DNA of 63,811 bases, the filler included, from Intoshia linei (taxonomy: Eukaryota > Animalia > Orthonectida), in the NCBI GenBank assembly GCA_001642005.1. It is 4 parts of 4 records of this genome, joined end to end, with 100 filler letters (N's around TTAATTAATTAA, not from the genome) between each part and the next. Parts side by side here need not be neighbours in the genome. Positions count along the whole stretch, not along the records: positions 51,507 to 62,516 come from LWCA01001209.1; positions 62,617 to 63,811 come from LWCA01002733.1; 2 more parts are not named here. One strand, 5' to 3'. A program made the translations under genes and the position numbers. Positions 53,224 to 63,811 of the stretch are shown in pieces. The notes below the pieces were generated by a model. The model was not told the DNA's origin. It made no database searches and was given only the letters and a program-made list of their open reading frames with translations. Every line of letters begins with the position of its first letter. The stretch's first letter is position 1.

Positions 53224-56030
53224 TTACAACATTTCATCTTCTACACTTTTAGAAATGTTAGGTATTTTTTCAGGTGAATATGGTTTATAACAAGGATTTT
53301 GAACAATTTTTTCGTCCACGTCGAAAACGACTCTATTTATTATATTTTCCGTCTCGAAATTACGCTTTAAATCTTGAATTATGAAGGTTCTCCAAAATTT
53401 AATTGATATTGTATATTATAAAATATAATACCGTTTATTAGCGTCATTTGTAGTAGTCAAACTTTCTAATGTATCATATGATGTAATATTATTTACATCA
53501 GGGTATGCCTTTATCATATTAAGATCTAAAAATGTATATAATTTATATTTCAATATTACTACGTTGAATTGTTTCATTTTTACTTAGATTCAACGTTTCA
53601 TTTACTTTTTGGTAATTGTATGATTTAATGATAGAATTTTCATCAAAAAAAACTCTATAACCCTCTGTACATAATGAATCGATTGACTCGTCTGAATCAG
53701 AATCATATAAAGTTTCTCCATCTGCCGTTTTAGATAGACTAGAACTTGTTCCACTCTTTGATCCATTTTTAAGTATGCTTTGCTACAATTTAAATATTAA
53801 AAAAAAAAACGACTTATTATTATACATACCCCATTAAATTGGTCTTTATTTTCTAGAATAAATTTTTATTAAAATATATACAAAATGTAATTACTTAGGT
53901 TTATAGTATACTAAAACTTACTTAAACATGCATAATCGATAGGTAATTTCTGTTTTGGTGTACATCTTTGTATAATTAAATGTATAATTGTTAATATTTT
54001 TATATTCACTTCAAATATAACATTATATTTAAGCAAAGAATTTATAAAAGACAATCCCTCATTTTCAAGAAAATGTGTGGTTCCCTGGTCTAAAATAAAA
54101 TTTAATCACAACATATGACTAACAGATAACAATATGATTAGAAAATGTCCGTCTCATCATGAATACAATGAAAAGTATCAAAAAAAATCATTTGGAAAAT
54201 ATAATATATTATAAATGCAGTATTCAATGAAAACATTGTTGATTAAAAATGATTCTACTCGGATATCTTATCATAGTATACAGCTATATCTCAATTCATA
54301 ATGATTAATTATCATAATTAATGACTTATTCATTGTATATTACACTTTTGTATATTAAAAATTACTTGTCTGAGAAATATTTTTAATGATTTTAATTCCA
54401 CTAATTATACTCGATGCGTTTTTCAGATTTCTCATTTTTTCATTCATAATTTTTATTATTAATGATATTCCTTTTACACCCACTAGAACTGGAACCATTG
54501 ATTCTGTTAATAATACGTATACCAATTAAAATATTAATTACTTGATTTTGTGACAAATACGAGAATTTCCATAATAATTTCAAATATATAATTTTTTCTT
54601 TTGTGCATACTCAACAGACGAACAAGAATCTTTATTAAACGACATTTATTCATCATATCTATTCCAATATCTACATTTTAAAGTAAAATTAATAAAAAAT
54701 AAAGAAAACTTTGAGATATGGCTCGATGTAAAACCAGTATTACGGTATATACTACATTGATTTTACATGTATGTATTTTAAGCATTGAATAACATGTATT
54801 TATGGTATTATACTTTCTGAAATATTTTATAATATCATTGTCTAAATTAAAAATTAATTAAGAAACCGTGTGATAAAATACTGGAACTAAAAGATTTAGT
54901 TAACAGAAATAATGATTCATATAAAATTTCGGAATTGCTGTTGACATTATTGGCATAAAATGATGTTGTGTGGAGTAAATATTCAACAAAACCACTATCT
55001 TGTAAAATAATTACTAAATTTCTCATAGGTTCTAAATTAACATGATTTGAGTTCATTTGAACGTAACCTTTTGAACTATTTGATCCTACCTTTGATATTG
55101 TATGATTAAGACACTTTAACATGTTATTTTCAAAAAATGAATCAAAGAAATGCTACATGTAGTTTTAATTTGATTGAAAAAATGATTAATAGTTACATTA
55201 AAATATATACATCATAAACACAATGTATATATAAAAATATTATAGGTCCATATTAAATTATTTTTAAATTTTGGGATCCACGACATTTATTACTTTGGTA
55301 AGCACTGGTTTAGAAGTTATTATACCTATTTCAGGTTGGGTTTGTAACAAAAGTAAAGAGTTTTTTACATTTAATGAATTTTCCTTTTATTTAAAATAAT
55401 TTCAAAGGTCATTTTAAACTAGGTTGCTGGTATTAAATGGCGGTTTTTCTTGAACTTAACAAAGTACTCTATTTGTAAATAAATTAATAAACCTCATGTA
55501 ACCTCTGACATTTTAAGATTGTTACAATTGTATTGATGAAAAAGTTATCCAACATAAAATATTGTATTTCTTTTTTGGCTAAAATAAAATGTAATTAAAA
55601 AATATATTTGTATTGTTTTTATTACGACTTATACCGGAGTAGTTAATATTTTAATATGAAGAAATATTTATACATTCAATTATTTTTACCCAATATTGTA
55701 CCTTTAATTTACTACACTGAATTTTTAAAATAATTGATTTGTCATGCAAATTAATAATGTAATTTTTACTAAATTTTTCAAAATTGCGGTAAATTCTAAT
55801 GCTGAGATTTCTAAATATTTGAAGATCTTCACATTTTGGTATAGAATTTTTGTTAATAACATGCATCAATTTTTCCAAGAGAACATATGTATTGTTGAGG
55901 TTTATGGTGGCCGCCAATTGACTCATTAATCTAAAATTGCACAAATCTAATTACATGAAATATATTTACATGTATTATACTTGTATTTATCCATATCGTG
56001 GAAACATTGTTTGATATTACAACCAAACTA
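53224..56030 (-). CDS. Uncharacterised multi-exon protein
   Basis: A series of AG/GT-bounded open segments (ORFs 55651-55944 and 54847-55122; exon QSILKNGSKSG...YDSDSDESIDSL; terminal ...KSVEDEML*). No family was recognised and the start is uncertain. Confidence 0.55.
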
Positions 56031-57329
56031 AAATTATTCAATATTTAGTAGATACTTATTGAATAGACGATGTTAAACTATATCAATAACGTGATTAATC
56101 CCATTTTTATTTTTTTTCAGTGTTTGTTAATTTTGTAAATTATCACTTTTGTTGTATTTATTTTCACATTATACTATTTGTTAGTCACAATTATTTCAAT
56201 TTGAAAGTTAAATATCTATTCGTTACAGAAATGTAAAGCAATTATATTAAAACGTGTATTCAATGAAATAATTTGGTTTAATTATGATTTATTCAAAAAT
56301 TCTTTCAAATAACCTTAAACATGAACTGAATTTTTGTGATATAATCACAAATTGAATACAGTCTTTACAAACTCTCATTATATTTTTATGAATTCATAAC
56401 ATAAAAAACAAATAAAGTAGGTAAGTACATAATTTAATTTAAAATTTTTCATAAGGCCTTTGAAACAACTACATTACTACAATATGTGTATTATAGAAAA
56501 ATGAATAATCAGAAATCCAACATATCGCAGTGAATAGACACATTTAAATATATCGTCTAAATAAATAATTAATTAATAATTGATTGTACTCAATCCTTTT
56601 TAAACCCACTTTACGGTTTGATAAATATAAATTTTTAAAATCCTCAAATTATTAAAATAATGCCTCAATTTAAAAAAATTTCTCCAATACCGGCATAGGG
56701 TTTCTGATTTTGACTACAAACTAAAATATATATGATAACATTTTTTCATGTGAAACTGTACAAATAATAATTATACAATGTTTAATAGGTACAGTGGTCG
56801 CTTTCAAAATAAGTCACTTTTGAGAGGGTTTTCAATTAATGACATTAATTGATTGATTTTTCGACAATATGGATAAAAAATAATATTGGCAATGTATGAT
56901 CATGTAAACGAATAACTAAATATATTCATAAAATTTACATAGAGTCATTATCACATTTCAAATAAATACAAATGAGGAAATCTTACTGTGGCTCTCCAGA
57001 AATATACAAAAATAATATATAATATTTTTTAATTTTCTACATAAAAAATGGTCTAAGCATAGTAATAGTTCATAATAAAAGCATAGTGTATATAAATAAT
57101 CCCAAGTGTTTCAAGTAGTGTTGAAAATTGATAAAAACGTTCGATTAATTTATTGATCAATTTTTTCAAATAAACATTTTCTATTAATTACTTTTGGAAA
57201 AAATTGAATTTTACCAACCCTTCAGTTACTAAATTCCTTTTTTAAAATTAAAATTTGGCTTATATTCACAATTTTTTAATAGTATTATATTTAATAGGTT
57301 CTTGTAGATAATCAAATTTATTGCATTTA

Positions 57330-58475
57330 AAGTAATGAAAATTTTTAAGGAATTCACAAAGATGGATTAGGTACCTTCTACGTTTGATGTGATCACGTAT
57401 ATCATGTATCAGTTATGTTTAATTCAGTCATGGCCATTTAATAGGTCGTTCTATTAAATAGAATCGTTCAATCGTTTCATTTCAAGAGAATTCCATCTTA
57501 ATAATTCTTAAAAAACGTTCCAAATTCTTTATCAAATAATTTGGTAAATAATATAATCAAAAGAAAATTTCTGAATGTAAACCAGAAGATGTATGGAATT
57601 GTGATGAACCTGGTATATACTATAAACTGGGATTTAACATAACTCTAACCACTGCTGAAATCGAAATATTTGTGATAAAAGGATAAGATGACAATTTCAT
57701 TTTGCGTGTCCATGCTCTGAGAAAAAGCTGATCCACTTTTTATTGGAATATCGAAAACTTTTCTTCGGATTCTTTGATGAATCATGTATTGATTATGCAA
57801 CCTGTGCTAAAAAAATTATATTAATTGATAGAATATTAATGAATTTAAAATCATAGAATTCTGTTTGTTCATAGAAAGGTGATACTATTATAAATTGTTA
57901 TAAAAAATCAATTGAATTATAACTTTTGGTAATTATCAAAAGGTGATATAAATTTGTCCAGCTATAAAAATATCGATAAAAATCACTATGTATAACGATG
58001 ATGACGATTTATATAATTACACACAAACATTATTATTAAACAACATTATTAACAAATAAGGTATAATAATTGACTCCAATACTGATGAAAATTCAACTTC
58101 TGAAGAATCGAACCATGCGTCCTCAACACATAAAACTATGTGAGCTGAGGCAATTATGCATATTTATAATCTCGAAAATTCTTTTGCTTAAACCATTCCT
58201 GAAAAAATTTATGAAATATATGCTATAAAAGAAACTATACATACCAATTTAAAAAAAGAAGAACCTTCCATCATTGACTACATTACATATGATTAGGAAG
58301 TAATAAAATTTTTATTTCATATCGTTTATTACATTTGATCATTGTATAATCAAATACAATTTGTATAGGATCCTATTTATTGTTAATACTTATTAATACT
58401 TAATATTTTCTGTAATAGTGAACATGATAATTTTTGAAATTTTAGTGTACCTTATACTTATATCGAGTCTGACTG
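57330..58475 (+). mobile_element. Decayed pogo/Tigger transposon
   Basis: PEDVWNCDEPGIYYKL, DKMTISFCVS and DPLFIGISK (cf. NADETGL, KDRITVL, PLVIGKS); right end TATCGAGTCTGACTG|TA. Confidence 0.7.
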
Positions 58476-59171
58476 TACTTCATAATCAATACATTTTACT
58501 TAAACACATTCAATTTACATTTCTTCATTAAAAAATAGAAAAGCGTTATTTTTCTTAAATAGGATTTTTCACACGTCTGGGAATCATTTCTTTAAAAGAT
58601 TGGTAATTGTGAATAGTGAAATTTATGCATAAGTTTTTTTATTTTATTATAGGATTAGAAAAGTCCGCCCTCGGCAGATTAGATGCTGTTTGTACGAAAT
58701 ACATTAAAGGCAAGATAGTAAATTATAATTATCTGTTTAATTTAAACTTTAAATGTAATAATTAGTTGCATAATGATATTTTTTAGCTTATAAAGTTTAT
58801 AATAAACGCAAAGATGTAATTAAATAATTTCATTGTAGCCATGTCAGACATAGAACAAATTCTTTCATCAATATGATATAAATGAATAATAAACTGTATA
58901 GAAACATAATTATCGATGAAAACAACTGGAGATTAAACAACAGTTTGATATCCAAAATTTAAATTTAACTGAATATTGCTCAATTGTAGCAACTAATATG
59001 ATTCAGTTGAGTGTTGCTAACTATAAATCAACATATTTTACGGTTAAATAAAGTTTTCATTACCAAATTAAAATTATCAAACATAAATAATTGGTAAGTT
59101 TTGAAAGTATCTTCGAATCTTACATTTATATTGTCAAACTTAAAAAATTGGTTAATATTGCATTTAGATAA

Positions 59172-61880
59172 ATGAATCACCCATCAAAGTACATGGACAA
59201 ACGAAGAGATGGTAAATCTAACGGATTTTATGCAAAAAAAAATCGACACGGAATAAAATCAGACATTGATTATACTGGAAAACCGAAAATGAATGACATA
59301 GATTATAAGAATTACTTTCTTAAGGAAAATTATGAGGATCTAACCTTTCTATTGAACATTGAATCTGATTTTATTAAGTTTGTGAATGATGAAGCGTACT
59401 TTTTAGATTATTAATTTATTAATTTTAATTATTAGAAGTGTTAACGTAACTTACGACGAGAACTTATATGTTTCACTCCACATAAAAATTCTTATATGTA
59501 AATTAGCAGAGTGTTGGGGATTTAAAGTCTATAATAATGTGCAACGTGCATCCATAACAATTTTTAAATGTGCTGATTGCAAAGTGTAATTATTATTTAT
59601 TCATCGAATTATATCGTATCTGTTTTAATTTATAATCATGTGCTTATTCAAATTGGCATCATGTATGAATGTATGAGATTTTTTGAAATCGAACCGAGTT
59701 TTACTTTAACCTTTTTTATTTATATACCTCTATCAAATATTGACCCTCAATCATAATTAAAAAATTAAAGTAAAATTTTGGTATTTTTATAAGTTATTTG
59801 AAATTATTTACTTAAATTAAAATTTAGACCCAATTTTTGCATCAAAGATTTAATCGACGAAACTAGAAAAACAGAAGTAAAAGATACAAATCAACCTAAA
59901 ATAATTTTGGAAAGAGATGAGAACACTTTACACGAGGATAGAAATGTATTTTTTACAATATTTTTAGTTTTACTTTTAATTAGAATAAAAATGAACTGAA
60001 AGGACGAAACTCACAAAAAACTTTGGCGGAACGTGAAATAGTTTATGACATCACCAAGAAACGAATTTTTGAAAAAAAAAATGAGGTAATTTGATTTAAA
60101 AATTAAATTAATTAATTTGAAGGATATTAAAAGTGAATCTAATTCTATGGATGAAAATGAAATTGAAAAAATGAGCCAAATCAGTGATACTTTAGATGTT
60201 CAAAAGTATATTTGGATTTCTACTCGATATGACCAAATTCCAAATAATGCAATTATGATAAACCCCGACACATTTCAACCTTATCTCAATGAAGATGGTA
60301 CATTCAAAAGGTTTGATAAGGATGACCGAGAGAGTAACACAAAATTCTTTAAGCCTATGAATCAAAATTATATGGATGACTCGAAATTTAGTGGTCATAA
60401 AAATTTTCCCAGTTCTGAATATACTTTTCAAGATGCTTATCAAATGCAACAGATTCCTCCGAATAATACTTATTACCCTGAGATGTTCTTTAATCCCGAA
60501 CCGTTTTATAACAACTACATCTCAAATACCATGTACCCATATGTACCACAACAAAATATGAGAAATTATAATTCCCCCATGACTACCCTATATGTGAGTC
60601 CTTCAAATCAAAATGTTAATAATCAGATTATGTTACCTCCAAATAACATAGTTAATCAAAATTTCCCGGTTGTGCCTCCTCCAAGCATTAAAACTTTACC
60701 GAAAAAAATTCCTGAAAAAATTATTCCTAATAAAAAAAACGATGATAAACAAATTGCAAGAACAAACAACACTACGCGTAACACTCCTCGTTATGTCGAA
60801 AAAAAGTCTGACTATCCAATACAGCAAAACATAACTTTGAATACTGAGGATCGCTACAATAGAGATAGATTTGATTCAAAAAATCGTTATAATAATCGAA
60901 ATAACCGTAAAAACTATGATTATAATACGAATCAAAATCGTCGTTACGACTCTTATAAAGCAGGTATATTTTTATAAACGTTTATGATTATAATACTTAT
61001 TGATTTTAATTTTGACATTATATTGACATACGATCATAGAAAATTTTTTTCACAAATGTATTATCTTGATATGAATTAAATTTTGTATATATCTCTCTGT
61101 TTTTAATTTTAAGTAGCCTATATGTTTACTTCTTTTTGTTAATATAATTGATGTAAATTTTATTAATTATTTCAATTTAGCTTCGAGTAATAAAATGTAT
61201 GATTATGATAAATCAAGAATGCCTGGAACTTCGCAGATTAATAGAATGACTGAGCAATTTCAAAAAATGCCTTTTGATGGTACTATTTATTTTTATTTGT
61301 GCATTAAGGTGCTATTCAGTAGAATTTTTTATAAAACCATATTGAATTAATATTTAAAATAATTAATTATTGTTTTAGTAAGAGGTAGAGGAACAAATTA
61401 TCGAAGTTATACGAATCAAAGAATGAATGGGTAAGATTTTTTTAAATTTTTATTTTAATTTTTGATCTAGCTTTAAGAATAAAAAAAAAAATTATAAACC
61501 CAAAGGCGATAACTTTGATGGTAAATTTAAAATTTTTTTTTATTTTATAAATTTTTTTAGAAATGAATAATTATTCTAATTCAAAGAAAAATATTGAAAT
61601 TTTTTCACTCAAGAGGGACGATATAATTGATGAAAAAATTCTTCAAAAAGAGATTAAAAACTTAAAAATTGATTCAAAAGATTGGTCGACTCTAAGACTC
61701 GAAAAAAAAATAAAAAATACTAAAAATGGGATTCAAAAAAATAGATATATAATTGAATATTCGAAAGGAAAACCAGATATAGACACGTGGAAGAAGATTA
61801 ATGGATTTAAAGTCGATTTTTGTGGCGAGCCTACTGCAGACTTTACGGTCACTCCTATTTGTCCGCCGACTGATTGTTAA
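59172..61880 (+). CDS. R3H + SUZ domain protein (R3HDM/ARPP21/encore-like)
   Basis: DLTFLLNIESDFIKFVND, ILICKLAECWGF, IILERD and KTLAEREIVYDITKKRIF (SUZ), followed by an N/P/Q/Y-rich low-complexity region. Confidence 0.75.
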
Positions 61881-63009
61881 TGTGTTTGTATGTGTTATAA
61901 ATGAATATATTTTGTTTATTTTATTGAAGTCATTTTAGTTGATTCACGGTTCCATTAATGTATTCGTATAAATGTAATTACATTTATGAATTACGGGAGT
62001 GACATAGTTGAAGAAACACATTTAATCTGACATATCAGCATTTACAGATTTAGTAAGTAGAAAAAAAATCCAATAACTCAGGTATTGTAATAGTTAAGTT
62101 ATTTTAACGGTCACACTAAACCAGTGTTTCCCAAGGTGGGCGATAGCGCCCACCTGGGGGCGCTGTGAAAATTTTTATAAACTTATATAATTAATGTCTT
62201 TATCTACTACATTTAGTATTTCATTTTTGATCTACTTAACGATTTATTATATCTGGATAATGATAAGTTATTTACACTTCCAGTTAAGGAGAAATTTGAT
62301 AGAGACTCTGAGTTAGTTACTCACTTTTTATTTGTTATCTAATTAAAGTAATTATCTATTATTTTAAAAATACAGTTAGTTTGAATTTAATTTTTAATTC
62401 ATGTTATCAACCATTTTGATTAATTTTCGCATTTTAAATCAGGTAATTCAAATGCAACTAACTATATTTTATTTTAGATTATTTTTATATTTATTCAATA
62501 TGAGCAATAAAAAAAANNNNNNNNNNNNNNNNNNNNNNNNNNNNNNNNNNNNNNNNNNNNTTAATTAATTAANNNNNNNNNNNNNNNNNNNNNNNNNNNN
62601 NNNNNNNNNNNNNNNNATTAGGTTAATCTTATGAAATACTTTATATAATAATATTATCCACTACAGACCCGAGTTAAAAGTGAAATATTAAGATACCATA
62701 TTATATACCTACAAACCAAATTACAAAAAAATTAGAAATATTCTATGGTGTTCACACCAAAAAATATTTTTTTATGAGAACAACTTGTTAAAGATTAATT
62801 AATTGTGTCAGTATTTTTCTTTAATTATTTTTCAGTATTGTAGATGGTTTTTCAGTATTTTAAGTGCCTTTACTGACAAAATAATTTTTTTACTGCCCTT
62901 CCAATTTAAATACTGACAATCAATTATTTATACTGACACCATGTTTTATTTACATGCGTGAACAATTAATTACTTTATTTACGTTTTATAATACTTTTAT
63001 TTTATTCAA

Positions 63010-63811
63010 TATGACTTCTCGTCAATTGGACTTTGCTGTTGGTCATTATTTTGATTATGATTTGAACCTAAATAAAATACTCTCAAGAAAAGATGTTCTT
63101 CGAAGAATATTATGTTTGAAACCAAGTAAAAAAGTATTTTTTTTCAGAATATCTAGTGGTGAATTGAGTGAAATATATATGAAAACTGGGTTAAACATTA
63201 TTGGAAGAAAGAGGATGGAAGACAAGTTAAGACAGTTATATAGTAAATATAGAATAGGCTCTAGAAGGAAAAATACTCCACAATGTAACGATTTTATTAA
63301 TATTTTATCCCAACTATTTTATTGCCATAAAAGTGATCAATCAAAAGCACTAAACGAAGATTTACTATTCCTAGAAAACTAAAAAAGAAGTATTGGATGT
63401 ATCGCTGGTCCATCACACAAATTCACCCGTATACACCTAAAAGATTTAAGAATATAAAAATTATAAATGAAACTCAAATGGAGAAAGAAAATGGAGTATA
63501 CGATAAAATGCACTTTAAATATGATTCAAATACACATATTTATAAATGTGAGCTGCAATATAAAGATAATAAAACTTTGTCATCAAACCTATGTACCAAA
63601 TTCAAATTGTCCTACAATACCTGTCAAGGAATATTAGATGAAGTATTTGGATATTGTGGCATATCAATGTCCTCAATATGGAGAAACAAACGCAACCTGC
63701 TTGAGAGACATTTTAATCAATTAAAAAATTATATATCTACCAAAAAATTAAGTCCTTATTTTGACGGTGGTAGATGTAAAGATTGGTCCAATAATATTGT
63801 TGAGGAACTGG
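63010..63811 (+). mobile_element. Decayed DNA transposase, hATm-like (runs off window)
   Basis: Intronless with stops and frameshifts. LSRKDVLRR..EIYMKTGL..KLRQLYSKY, SIWRNK and YFDGGRCKD resemble the YFDGRKD class. Assignment is from memory. Confidence 0.55.

Overview
Very AT-rich eukaryotic (animal) genomic DNA with intron-rich genes. Many introns are only about 35-45 nt; others are expanded by transposons. There are three scaffold gaps with an artificial TTAATTAATTAA spacer. The divergent proteins and tiny introns suggest a reduced, fast-evolving invertebrate such as an orthonectid, but this is inference only. Manually spliced genes, in order: 3' exons of a pepsin-family aspartic protease with a degenerate second catalytic motif (+); an LCAT/PLA2G15-like paralog with no visible 3' half (-); an SLC33A1 acetyl-CoA transporter (-); a complete second LCAT/PLA2G15-like gene (-); an Otx K50 homeobox gene (-); a ZDHHC2/15/20-like N-terminus (-); PABPN1 (+); a compact ZC3H3 (-); tafazzin (+); API5 (+); a transglutaminase lacking the catalytic Cys (+); an orphan multi-exon gene (-); and an R3H/SUZ protein (+). 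Introns and intergenic DNA hold a multi-copy non-autonomous Helitron family, hAT elements and MITEs with 8-bp TSDs, and Tc1, pogo/Tigger, Chapaev3-like and hATm-like remnants. The best leads are two probable pseudoenzymes (transglutaminase, pepsin-like) and an operon-like LCAT-to-SLC33A1 junction with an unpaired splice acceptor. No rRNA, tRNA or CRISPR was seen. All exon boundaries were read by eye.
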